Of a stretch of DNA of 64,000 nucleotides, positions 55,075-64,000 are shown piece by piece. The translations under genes and the position numbers were made by a program. The stretch spans positions 3,509,901 to 3,573,900 of the forward strand of contig OZ242007.1 of NCBI GenBank assembly GCA_965204695.1. The letters are read 5' to 3'. Within the stretch, counting starts at the first letter, position 1. Each line of letters starts with the position of its first letter. The notes beneath the pieces were generated by a model, which had not been told where the DNA came from, did not search any database, and saw only the letters and a program-made list of their open reading frames with translations. This stretch comes from Arenicellales bacterium (GTDB lineage: Bacteria; Pseudomonadota; Gammaproteobacteria; Arenicellales; JAHEKD01).

Positions 55075-56343
55075 CTAACTCGATCTCTTAGTGTTTATAT
55101 TTTTATAAGCCAGATAGCCAATAATTAGCCAAAAGACTGGGTAAAATAGCCACCAGGTGAAGCCTGTGAGTAAGAAGGCACATGACAATGCAGCTAAAGC
55201 ACCAATGATTATCGTTGAGATTGTTAAGTCCATTGTTTTGAAATAAGCCAGAATTGAAAATGCATATAAAACTAGAAAGTTTTGGCTGACGACCAGAACA
55301 ATTTTCGCAACTGGAATTTTCATTAGATAACTGACTAGGATGAAAATGGCATAAAAGCTAAATAGGGCTACCAGGCTATTTTGAGGAATGCTTTTGCTGT
55401 TAAGATTTCCTAGGAAACGCGGAAGAATACCGTCTTTACCTGCAGAATAAATCAGTCGACTGGCTCCAAAAACCCAAGAATTAGCGTTTGCTAAAATCAC
55501 AAAAACTACAGCAATTAAAAAAGGTAATTTAATGGCGTTTGAATTGGCTAATGCTTCGAGTCCACTAACGCCGTATAAATTTAAACCGCTTTTGTGTGCG
55601 CCACTTGCAACCAGTGCTAAAGAGAAATAGATAACGGATACAAGTATAAAACTCAACCAATAAACTGCTGGAATAGTTTTTTGCGGATTTTTGAATTCCT
55701 CCAATCCAAAAGACATATTTTCCCAACCCAAAAAAGCCCAAAATAGTAGAGCCATTACTGCCCAGGTGTTACTTAAATCCCACAGGGCAGGTTGGCTAAA
55801 CTCCATCGCTAAAATTTTTGTACCTTCAATGGCGTAATCAATATTTAAAACTAAAAGCAGAATAATTATTCCGAGGATCAAATACAGAGAAATTGAGTTG
55901 ACAATGGACGCAATTTCTATACCTCGAATATTAATGACAGTGCTTAGCAATAAGAATCCAGCTGCCACAATGTGCATATATTGTTCTTCAGGTATAGCAA
56001 ATAGCTTACAGGTATAGGCAGCACCAATCATGGCTAAAGCAGGAATACCGATAGTAAATGTCCCACATAATACCGCTGTTACACCGGACGAGGCCCAAGG
56101 GCCTAGGGCAATCTGAGCATATTTAGCTAATCCTGCGGCAGTTGAATAACGAGTTCCTAACTGTACGAACACAGTAATCATAGGCACCATCAGCAAGATC
56201 ACTAATGCCCATCCGACAATTGCTGTACTCTCACCAACAGACTCAATTGCCATCCCGGGAATGCCAAAAAGCCCAGACCCAATAACCATTCCAACAGCAA
56301 GCACAACACCTGACCACAGGCTGATTGATTGTTTTAATTCCAA
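55075..56343 (-). CDS. APC-superfamily amino acid/polyamine permease
   Basis: 422 aa with about 12 TM helices. A 4-nt gap separates it from the downstream nucleotidyltransferase-like gene. Confidence 0.75.
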   Translation of the reverse strand: MELKQSISLWSGVVLAVGMVIGSGLFGIPGMAIESVGESTAIVGWALVILLMVPMITVFVQLGTRYSTAAGLAKYAQIALGPWASSGVTAVLCGTFTIGIPALAMIGAAYTCKLFAIPEEQYMHIVAAGFLLLSTVINIRGIEIASIVNSISLYLILGIIILLLVLNIDYAIEGTKILAMEFSQPALWDLSNTWAVMALLFWAFLGWENMSFGLEEFKNPQKTIPAVYWLSFILVSVIYFSLALVASGAHKSGLNLYGVSGLEALANSNAIKLPFLIAVVFVILANANSWVFGASRLIYSAGKDGILPRFLGNLNSKSIPQNSLVALFSFYAIFILVSYLMKIPVAKIVLVVSQNFLVLYAFSILAYFKTMDLTISTIIIGALAALSCAFLLTGFTWWLFYPVFWLIIGYLAYKNINTKRSS

Positions 56344-56614
56344 AAGTTACCCCTTGTTAAGTTAATTAACTGTAAAAAAGTTTTGTATTAATTAGGAACA
56401 GGCAATGTCCCAATAGATTTTGCAAAATGAAAGTGAAAAATGTCCATCTGATTTGATACCCCATTTAGATGAAAAACAAAGATTAAAAAGAATTGTTTCA
56501 TTTGTCAATTTTTTTGTGAACTAGATCACAGAATTTGAATGATTCTACTTGTAGTATTAGTTGTCGAGGGTGTTGTAAACATCTTGCAACTAACAAAAAT
56601 AACAGGAGACTACA

Positions 56615-56890
56615 ATGGACGTGACAACGGTAGAGGTTTATCAGGCAATTGGGGTGGCGGGATTCGTCTTATACATGCTGTCATATTTCTTGCTGCAAAT
56701 TGGCAAAATAGAAGGTTCGGGAAATATTTATATTCTAATGAACTTAACAGCAGCAAGTTTCGTTTTAGTCAGTCTTGTGCATAATTTTAATTTGGCGTCT
56801 GCATTAATCCAAATATCATGGATACTGATTAGCCTTATTGGTTTAATTCGTTATAACCTGATTAAACCCTCATTATCCACAAATAGCTAG
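56615..56890 (+). CDS. Small 3-TM membrane protein
   Basis: 91 aa with three hydrophobic helices. SemiSWEET/PQ-loop-like in size, but I see no clear PQ motif. Confidence 0.4.
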   Translation: MDVTTVEVYQAIGVAGFVLYMLSYFLLQIGKIEGSGNIYILMNLTAASFVLVSLVHNFNLASALIQISWILISLIGLIRYNLIKPSLSTNS

Positions 56891-56909
56891 TTTGTGTATT
56901 CGGATGATT

Positions 56910-58718
56910 TTAAGTCGATGAGCTTTGAAGATTTTTGAATAAAATTGCTGCATTATTAGGGTTATATCGACGATCAACCAGGCCTTTGCGAACAAAATAG
57001 CCGCGATCAATGTCAGCAAATATATCAATAAAAAAGTTAATGTTGGGGTTGTTTTTAGCAAGTTGAAAGGTATGTTGAATGTTTGATTCGAATTGATGCG
57101 TATCGGTTAAAGCTGTTGCTGGATTCGGATTAGATGAAATTAAGTGTATAGATATCCGGCTGTCTTGTTTGTCAGCAAAATCTAGAATCTGTTTACTATT
57201 AACTTTGAACTGATCATTCATTCTCGTTCTGAATATCAGCCCTGGTTCAATAGAATCACTTTTACAGATTCGTTTCAGATTACTGATTAAATCATTATCG
57301 GCAGTCGAAAAGCCATGTTTAATAGTATGATAATAAGTCCCACCATCGCCTTGCTCGTGAGAATCCTTTATCGGACTGAAATAAAAGTTGATTTCTTTCA
57401 ACCTGCTAAGGGCTGCAACAAGCTGTTCAAACTCATGTTCAATAAAGCCCAGTTCCCAATTTTCGATTAGTACGGAGTTTTCTGTTACCAATTCAATTTG
57501 TCTGTTGGTCGGAATACCGTACGAAAACAACGTGAATTCATGTCCTTGCTGTAACAGATCATGCATACGAGCACGTGTCAGTATATTGCTTAGATCGGTA
57601 AGTGGTACTCTTAGTTTCCTGATTCCCATTTCCCACAGTGCCATAAGTGGATAATCGTTGCGTACTTTTTTTCGATCAAACTCATCCAGCGCACCGCTTG
57701 GAGGAATTTCACTGCATTCACACCAACTGAAGCGCAAATCGACACCAGGTGTATTTTGCCTAGTTTCGTTGGGGTGAGTCGGAATAATTAGCGGGGGTGA
57801 TTTTTCTGTTGATTCATCAGGTGCTAATTGTTGGCCATGGGTACGGATAATATTAACGGTGTGCCTATGCTGATAAAAATTGACTATTGCATAACCGAGT
57901 TTGGCCGCATCATCACGACCAGCTTGTGCGCCGGGTTCAATCCGGTACATTTCACTAAAATCCTGACGAATAAATGACGTGGCCGGCAAGATGTAGTAAT
58001 CAGATTGATGATAACGGTGATACCAGAAATTATGCACATGGCCGGCAAAAATTGCCTCGACCTGATATTTTTCAATCAGATTTAGCAGCCAGGAACGTCC
58101 TGGCTCTGCCATGTTATCGTAATGCTCGTCTTCATCATCTGTAGTCAAAAACAGTGGATAATGTGTAAACATCACGATCCGCTTGTCAGCACATTTTTCC
58201 AGTTCCTGTTCCAACCATGCTTGTTGTTTTGCTTCCTGTTCTATTCCTGAGTTAATTATTTCATTATTGACAATAAAAAAATGGATGTCCCGATGTTCAA
58301 AAGTATGATAGTCAACATTGAAATGTTTGTACCAGACATCTAAAAATTCACTCGTCACAGTCTCAGTTGGCCCCCAATTAATTGGTTTGTCGCCGACATC
58401 ATGATTGCCTGGTGTGAAATAAATCGGATGTCTAAGTGGTTTTATGAGTTCGTGAAATGCTTTGGCAGCTTTACCGTAAAGATCGGGAACTGACGGTACA
58501 GGGTGAATCAGATCACCCAGGTGAGCAACAAACTCGACATCTTGTTTATTAAGCTGGTTTATAACAAAGCGCAATCTTGCATTGGCAAGTCGATTAACTG
58601 GGAAGGGGGAGTTACACTCGTTTTCATCTGGGTTGACATGTGTGTCTGTAATAACTGCAATAGAAAACAGAGGTTCTCCAAGTTTCGGAGAGCTCAATTT
58701 AGATTTGTTCACCGTCAT
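56910..58718 (-). CDS. Calcineurin-like metallophosphoesterase with a ~300-aa uncharacterised C-terminal domain
   Basis: Motifs: ITDTHV, HLGDLIHP, GNHDVGD, FTHYPLF and GHVHNF. I place the start at the ATG at 58718 (MTVNKSKL), which forms an ATGA overlap with the tctA stop. The track's 58784 start would overlap tctA by 70 nt. Confidence 0.75.
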   Translation of the reverse strand: MTVNKSKLSSPKLGEPLFSIAVITDTHVNPDENECNSPFPVNRLANARLRFVINQLNKQDVEFVAHLGDLIHPVPSVPDLYGKAAKAFHELIKPLRHPIYFTPGNHDVGDKPINWGPTETVTSEFLDVWYKHFNVDYHTFEHRDIHFFIVNNEIINSGIEQEAKQQAWLEQELEKCADKRIVMFTHYPLFLTTDDEDEHYDNMAEPGRSWLLNLIEKYQVEAIFAGHVHNFWYHRYHQSDYYILPATSFIRQDFSEMYRIEPGAQAGRDDAAKLGYAIVNFYQHRHTVNIIRTHGQQLAPDESTEKSPPLIIPTHPNETRQNTPGVDLRFSWCECSEIPPSGALDEFDRKKVRNDYPLMALWEMGIRKLRVPLTDLSNILTRARMHDLLQQGHEFTLFSYGIPTNRQIELVTENSVLIENWELGFIEHEFEQLVAALSRLKEINFYFSPIKDSHEQGDGGTYYHTIKHGFSTADNDLISNLKRICKSDSIEPGLIFRTRMNDQFKVNSKQILDFADKQDSRISIHLISSNPNPATALTDTHQFESNIQHTFQLAKNNPNINFFIDIFADIDRGYFVRKGLVDRRYNPNNAAILFKNLQSSST

Positions 58719-60184
58719 TTCTGGAATTGATTGCGAATAATTACACCCAAGGATAAAACCGTTAAGGCCCAGAAGACCCAACAAATTGCATTTTGGAAAA
58801 AGATGCCATAACTGCCCTCAGATAATAATAATGACTGCCTGAAATTATCTTCCAACAGTGGCCCTAAAATAAAAGCAATTAAAAACGGTGCAGCAGGAAT
58901 TTTAAGTCTCAGCATAACAAAACCTAGGATGCCAATTAGAATCATCACTAAAACATCGAACAAGCTATTGTTTACTGCATAGGCGCCATAGACGCAGAGA
59001 ACGACTACTACGGGATAGAGAATATTGTTGGGAATATCGGCGATTTTACTGATACTGCGGATTGAGATCTTGCCGATGATAAACAGATAGAGTGAACTCA
59101 ACATAATTCCGATAAACAAGGCATAAATCATGGTCAGATTTTCAGCGAACATAACAGGTCCCGGTCGTAAACCGTGAATCATAAATGCACCAAGAATTAC
59201 AGCAGTGATAACATCACCTGGCACACCTAAAGCTAATAAAGGAATCATTGTTGAACCAGCTACACCATTGTTGCCGGCCTCCGCAGCTGCGACACCTTCA
59301 ATTTCGCCTTTGCCGAAATTTTCAGGGTTCTTAGAGTTTCGACGAGCTTCGCTATAAGACAGAAACGCTGAAGGGGCGCCTCCTATACCAGGAATAGCTC
59401 CTAAGACAACACCAATTAGACTGCCACGCAGAATCGATTTGAAACTGGCTTTGAATTCAGCAAAAGTCGCGCCGACTTTACTGACTTTATTAACTTCGAC
59501 TTTACCCTCAAGTTTCTTGGCGTAGTGATTATAGATTTCAGGCAAGGCAAATAAACCGATCAATACTGGAATAAAATTCAATCCGCTCATCAATTCATAA
59601 TTGCCAAAAATAAAGCGTTCGGTACCGTAAATAATGTCTAGGCCCACGGTTGCAAGACCGAGTCCTAAGCAGGCTGAAATCAAGCCTTTAGAAAGGCTAT
59701 CACCAGAAACCCCAGCGATTATTGTTAATGCGAACAATATCAAGGTAAAGAATTCCGGTGGCCCGAATTTCAATGCAAATCCGGCCAGAAATCCAGTGAA
59801 TAGAATTAAAGAAAGATTGGAGACAAAGTCAGCAAAACAGGAGGCATACAAAGCCATATCCAAGGCACGGCGAGCTTGTCCTTGTTGGGCCATCGGAAAA
59901 CCATCCAAGACGGTACAGGCGGCGGCTGGCGTCCCTGGGGCTTTGATCAGAATGGCTGTTATCGAGCCACCATACAATCCTCCTTTATAAACTCCCAACA
60001 GCAGTAATATTCCAGTAACGGGTTCCATTGAAAAGGTGAAGGGCAGGACTAGAGCAACTCCCATGGGAGTGGTCATGCCCGGAACAGCACCAATAATGAC
60101 ACCAATCATTACCCCCAAAAAAATGACCGTGATGTTTTCGAAGCTTAGAAACAGAAAAAAAGCATCGGTAAGGTTTTCTATCAT
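58715..60184 (-). CDS. tctA: Tripartite tricarboxylate transporter large permease TctA
   Basis: 489 aa, polytopic, with a Gly-rich TctA-type sequence. Follows a TctB-like gene. Confidence 0.85.
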   Translation of the reverse strand: MIENLTDAFFLFLSFENITVIFLGVMIGVIIGAVPGMTTPMGVALVLPFTFSMEPVTGILLLLGVYKGGLYGGSITAILIKAPGTPAAACTVLDGFPMAQQGQARRALDMALYASCFADFVSNLSLILFTGFLAGFALKFGPPEFFTLILFALTIIAGVSGDSLSKGLISACLGLGLATVGLDIIYGTERFIFGNYELMSGLNFIPVLIGLFALPEIYNHYAKKLEGKVEVNKVSKVGATFAEFKASFKSILRGSLIGVVLGAIPGIGGAPSAFLSYSEARRNSKNPENFGKGEIEGVAAAEAGNNGVAGSTMIPLLALGVPGDVITAVILGAFMIHGLRPGPVMFAENLTMIYALFIGIMLSSLYLFIIGKISIRSISKIADIPNNILYPVVVVLCVYGAYAVNNSLFDVLVMILIGILGFVMLRLKIPAAPFLIAFILGPLLEDNFRQSLLLSEGSYGIFFQNAICWVFWALTVLSLGVIIRNQFQK

Positions 60185-60202
60185 TGTTGATCTCCTTTAG
60201 TG

Positions 60203-60700
60203 TTATTTCCAGGCTTCAAATACACCAACTGGCAGTGGTACATTAGCTACATAAACAAAAAACAAATAAAGTAACAAAGGCAGTAGTACTGTGATGGGCA
60301 AGATATATTTCAAGCGCCTCTCACCAGCAAACAGGGTCATGGCGGCGAAAGTCAGCGCACAAGCAATCGGCATACCGATGTGTGGAATAGCGTAGTACAT
60401 GCCAATTAACCAAAGAATAACCATGGCAACACGAATCAGGCCTTCTCCCAGAGGTCGCATGACTAATTCGGCCTCATCGTCAGCGGCCGCTTTGCCATAT
60501 CTGGATTGAATCGTTAAGGCAATACCTGCGACTCCCAGTAATATCATTATTGTCAAAGGCCAAAAGTCTGGGGACAAGGCACGAGTCTCAATGTCATCAG
60601 GCAAGACGACACCTTTTGGTATAAAGAAAAAAGTGCCGATTAAGGCCAATGCAATGATAATCAGATCTAAAATAAAGTCGGTGTTAGTGTTTTTAGTCAT
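60203..60700 (-). CDS. tctB: Tripartite tricarboxylate transporter small subunit TctB
   Basis: 165 aa with 4 TM helices, positioned upstream of tctA. Its start overlaps the ROK gene stop (TAATG). Confidence 0.7.
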   Translation of the reverse strand: MTKNTNTDFILDLIIIALALIGTFFFIPKGVVLPDDIETRALSPDFWPLTIMILLGVAGIALTIQSRYGKAAADDEAELVMRPLGEGLIRVAMVILWLIGMYYAIPHIGMPIACALTFAAMTLFAGERRLKYILPITVLLPLLLYLFFVYVANVPLPVGVFEAWK

Positions 60701-61884
60701 TATGCAGCCTCCTGCAGGGTGAATTTGTTCAGATCAATTGGGCGTTGAATCAGAAATTCATTGATGGCTAGCCAGCTGGCAGCAGTACTCCCGAAAATCC
60801 GGCTTGTCAGAATGTCCGCCGAGTTATTTGGAAGTCGCTTAGTTATGCCGTCAAGATAGTGTTTGCTTTTTGCTAATGGGCCGGAAATTAAAATGGCATC
60901 TGGATTTACCATCGCTATATATAATTCAAGTACACGTCCCAATGATTTGCCGGCTTTCTGTAGGGCTATATTGGTATGACGATCAGAATCGTCTTGGGTT
61001 GCCAAAATTTTAGTTAGCTTTTTAGCCGATTTACGGTGCTCATTTTGCAAAAGATCAGGGTGTCCAAGTTCTGACAAAACCCGCCAGCCGGCGGTTAAAT
61101 CATCGACAGTTTTGTCTTGATAATGACCTGAGTCGGTAAAACTGAGCTGACCGAGTAGTCCGGCAGAGTTAGTACTACCCCGGATAAGTTGATTATCTAA
61201 AATTAAACTAGAACCAATGCCCAGTGCGGCATTTATAGCAACTACATTCTGGTACTCACTGGTGATTCCAAAACGATGCTCACACAGATTAATAGCGTTC
61301 GGTAAATTTTCTATGTGAACTTCGAAACCTAATAGCTGATTTAACTTGGCTGATATTTGTACTTTTTTCCAACCCAGGGTAGGGGCTTCAATTAATAATC
61401 CCTGCTCAGAATTCACCGCTCCAGTAATAGCCACACCGATACCTAAAATTCGATTTGTATCTAGCTTTAGGTGCCTGATTAGTTTTTGAGCTTGGTTAGC
61501 TATTTTTCTCAAAACCAGATCAGGATCGATAAGTGATTTGAGGTTGAGTTCTTTACTGCCGAGCTCATTTTTAGCCAGATCGAGTACAACGATGCTTTGC
61601 CGCAATGCATTGATCTTAATGCCTAAAACATAACCACCTTTGGGATTTACAGTTAAGTTTACGAAGCGCCTGCCAGGACCTGTGATTTCTATCGGCTGGT
61701 CTGATTCAATGATTAAGCCTGAATCGATCAGAGATTTCGTAATCCGCGAAACTGAAGCGTTGGTTAGCCCTGTTCTGTTAGTGAGTTCAGTGCGCGTAAT
61801 AGCACCAGCCAGCACTATCTCTGAGAGAATTTTCTGCTGATTAATGGTTCGAAGGCTTGAATGTGAACTATCTTGTGTGTGCAT
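60700..61884 (-). CDS. ROK-family transcriptional regulator (NagC/XylR-like)
   Basis: 394 aa with an N-terminal wHTH (NQQKILSEIVLAGAITRTELTNRTGLTNASVSRITKSLIDSGLI) and a ROK sugar-kinase-like body. Confidence 0.85.
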   Translation of the reverse strand: MHTQDSSHSSLRTINQQKILSEIVLAGAITRTELTNRTGLTNASVSRITKSLIDSGLIIESDQPIEITGPGRRFVNLTVNPKGGYVLGIKINALRQSIVVLDLAKNELGSKELNLKSLIDPDLVLRKIANQAQKLIRHLKLDTNRILGIGVAITGAVNSEQGLLIEAPTLGWKKVQISAKLNQLLGFEVHIENLPNAINLCEHRFGITSEYQNVVAINAALGIGSSLILDNQLIRGSTNSAGLLGQLSFTDSGHYQDKTVDDLTAGWRVLSELGHPDLLQNEHRKSAKKLTKILATQDDSDRHTNIALQKAGKSLGRVLELYIAMVNPDAILISGPLAKSKHYLDGITKRLPNNSADILTSRIFGSTAASWLAINEFLIQRPIDLNKFTLQEAA

Positions 61885-62006
61885 AAAAGATTAAAATAAT
61901 TATTTACATACTGTAAGTAATTATGTATATAATACTAAACATTGTCAACTGAAATATCTTTAGTGACGAAATGCGATTGAATGACGATTCACTTGAGGAG
62001 TAACAA

Positions 62007-62999
62007 ATGAAATTTATGTATAGATTTTTAACTATAGTAGTCCTAGCGGTATTTTCGCTTGGAAGTATCGGTGCGTTTGCCGAATACCCAACTAAACCGG
62101 TAACCATGATTGTTCCGTACGGCCCGGGTGGGGCAGCGGATCTGGCGGCTACGAACATTAGGCTAATTCCGTAAACGGAATCACTTAGGTGAGAACTTAC
62201 TGGTTGTCAATAAAACCGGTGCAGCGGGTGTGACCGGTTCAACCTTTGCTGCTAAATCCAGACCTGATGGTTACAATTTACTCATGGCCAGGGTAGGGTC
62301 TCAAGCTGCCGTACCGGCCATCAATAAAAAAATTCCTTACAAATGGGATGAATTTACCTTTATCGGGTTATTGGAACAAAACCCATTTGTGTTAGTTGAT
62401 AAATCCTGACTTGGGCTATACCTCCCTTGAGGATTTGAAAAAATGCCGTGGAAGGCGGTGCGAAACTGAGTTATGCCTCAGCCGGTGTAGGCACCTTATT
62501 ACATTTAGCCATGATCATGCTATTGGATGATTTAGGGCTAGAGCAAGATGCCATGAAACACATTCCCTTATAAAGGTGGCGGTAAAGCGGCCGCTGCCGT
62601 GGTCGGTGGTCATGTTGATATGTTATTTCAAAACCTCTCAGGTGTGATCGGTAATATTCGAATCCGGTAATTTAACCCCCATCGCAGTCACGACCAAAGA
62701 GCGTCAACCGTCGATTTCTGATGTTGGCGACAGTCGCTGAGCAAGGGTATCCCAAATTTAGAGACCGTCATTGGGTGGAGTGGGGTTTGGGGTCCGCCAG
62801 ATTTACCTGAAGAAGTGACTACGAAGTGGGCTGGCAGTCATGGAGGCGTTAAAAACGGATCAAGCCTGGAATGACAAAACCAAGGAACTAGGTTCAATTC
62901 CATACCATCATGAATCCGGAAGACACTAAAGCGTTTGTTCAGGCGCAATATGAAGCGTTTAATGCAATCACTGAAAAACTCGACATGCAAATCAACTAA
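62007..62999 (+). pseudogene. tctC: TctC/Bug-family periplasmic substrate-binding protein, disrupted by ~10 single-base insertions
   Basis: Good RBS (gaggag) and N-terminus (MKFMYRFLTIVVLAVFSLGSIGAFAEYPTKPVTMIVPYGPGGAADLAA). The reading frame then has to be switched about 10 times to follow ...LGENLLVVNKTGAAGVTGS...SYASAGVGTLLHLAM...HIPYKGGGKAAAAVVGGHVDMLFQNLSGV... Confidence 0.8.
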
Positions 63000-63024
63000 T
63001 GGAGATAGAGGTTAAGACTTAAGT

Positions 63025-64000
63025 ATGACAAATCAAAAACCCAATATTGTTGTCATTCAAGCGGATCAAATGACGCCGTTTACGTCCTCGACGTACGGTC
63101 ATCAAATAGTGAAAACACCACATTTGGATCAGCTCGCTGAAAACGGTGTGGTGTTCGATAATGCCTATTGTAACTTTCCCTTGTGTGTTCCATCACGGAT
63201 GTCGATGTTAGCAGGGCGTTATGCGAACGCGATTGAAGTTTGGGACAATGCCACCGAATTGCCGGCCGGTGTACCCACCGTTGGCCCATTATCTGCGCTC
63301 GGTTAATTATGAAACCACTTTATGTGCGGAAAAATGCACTTTATCGGCCCGGATCAGGTGCATGGTTTTAATGAACGTATTACCACGGATATCTATCCTT
63401 CAAATTTTACCTGGACGCCGGATTGGATCGTGGGTGAGCGCTATCGGCCCACCGGTATCAGTATGCGGGCAGTGACCGATTCGGGAATTTGTGTGCGCGG
63501 ATTGCAACTCGACTACGACGAAGAGGTTGTGCATGCCGGTACCCAAAAGCTTTATGATTTGGTGCGATACACGGACGATAATCCATTTTTACTCTGGCTC
63601 TCCTTTACGCACCCGCATTCGCCTTATATCACCACTCAGGAATATTGGGACTCTATACGATCATGATGATATCGACATGCCTTCTGTAGCGATCCCATGG
63701 CCTTTGGATGACATGGATGAAATGAGTCGCTGGCTGCATTACGCCCATGGTGGTGATTTGCATACCGTGACTGATGAACACGTACGTACTGCCCGCCATG
63801 CTTATTATGGCATGTGCAGTTATATTGACGATAAGCTCGGTCATTTTATGAAAGTGCTTGAATCATACCGGTCTGATCGACAATACGGTGGTTATATTTA
63901 TCGCTGATCACGGTGAAATGTTGGGCGAGCGTGGGATGTGGTACAAGCAATCGTTTTATGAGTGGTCAGTCTCGGGTACCCATTGTCGTGAGCTTATCCC
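63025..64000 (+). pseudogene. betC: Choline-sulfatase-like type-I sulfatase, with at least 5 frameshifts; runs off the window
   Basis: NIVVIQADQM...PLCVPSRMSMLAGR is the sulfatase CxPxR-type motif. The sequence ...AHYLRSVNYETTLCGKMHFIGPDQVHGFNERITTDIYP...SFTHPHSPY...ADHGEMLGERGMWYK is spread over three frames. Confidence 0.75.

Noticed and set aside
56539-56784. 81-aa plus-strand ORF
   Set aside because: It overlaps, out of frame, the 91-aa ORF (56615-56890), which has three clean TM helices. Its own translation is Gly/Arg/Asn-rich and unconvincing.
58719-58784. N-terminal 22-codon extension of the metallophosphoesterase ORF
   Set aside because: It would overlap tctA by 70 nt. The internal ATG at 58718 gives a classic ATGA stop/start overlap instead.
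59634-59990. 118-aa plus-strand ORF
   Set aside because: It is antisense inside tctA.
1-64000. CRISPR arrays, tRNA/rRNA genes, integrases and prophage modules
   Set aside because: I found no regularly spaced short direct repeats, no tRNA-like T-arm/acceptor patterns, no rRNA-like sequence, and no tyrosine- or serine-recombinase or phage structural ORFs. The only mobile DNA recognised is the two IS3 copies, the IS481-like remnant and the short repeat family.

Overview
This is a 64-kb chromosomal window from an AT-rich Gram-negative genome. Gene content suggests a marine gammaproteobacterium, but that is inference only. All calls rest on reading the ORF translations for family motifs and reading the DNA by eye; no database search was run. 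I saw no rRNA, tRNA or CRISPR array. Contents in order: (1) A glycine-betaine-type catabolic pair, a GbdR/GlxA-like regulator and a dimethylglycine-dehydrogenase-family enzyme, split by an IS3-family element. A second copy of that IS lies 41 kb downstream in the same orientation. (2) An IS481-like transposase remnant and a three-copy ~90-140-nt intergenic repeat family. (3) Three substrate-uptake modules: LysR + TRAP transporter + class-III aminotransferase + Zn-ADH; DeoR + Ugp-like ABC transporter + EEP phosphoesterase + HAD phosphatase; ROK + TctBA + metallophosphoesterase. (4) A small secreted-enzyme cluster of a beta-propeller glycosidase-like protein, two cupins and a beta-lactamase-fold hydrolase. 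(5) An envelope-defence operon: a thioester-less alpha-2-macroglobulin, PBP1C, and a translationally coupled beta-propeller/peptidoglycan-binding protein. A membrane-anchored TIR-domain protein is transcribed divergently from it. (6) DegP and an OmpR-type response regulator whose 3' end is fused into the second IS copy; no sensor kinase follows. (7) An uncharacterised tight three-gene operon: a long P450-fold protein, an 820-aa di-haem CCP/MauG-like protein and a Cys-rich secreted protein. (8) The last ~2 kb (tctC, betC) carries about 15 single-base insertions. The best candidates for something undescribed are the P450/di-haem/secreted-protein operon, the atypical A2M-PbpC-third-gene operon with its TIR neighbour, and the ROK-TctBA-phosphoesterase operon. 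None is proven.
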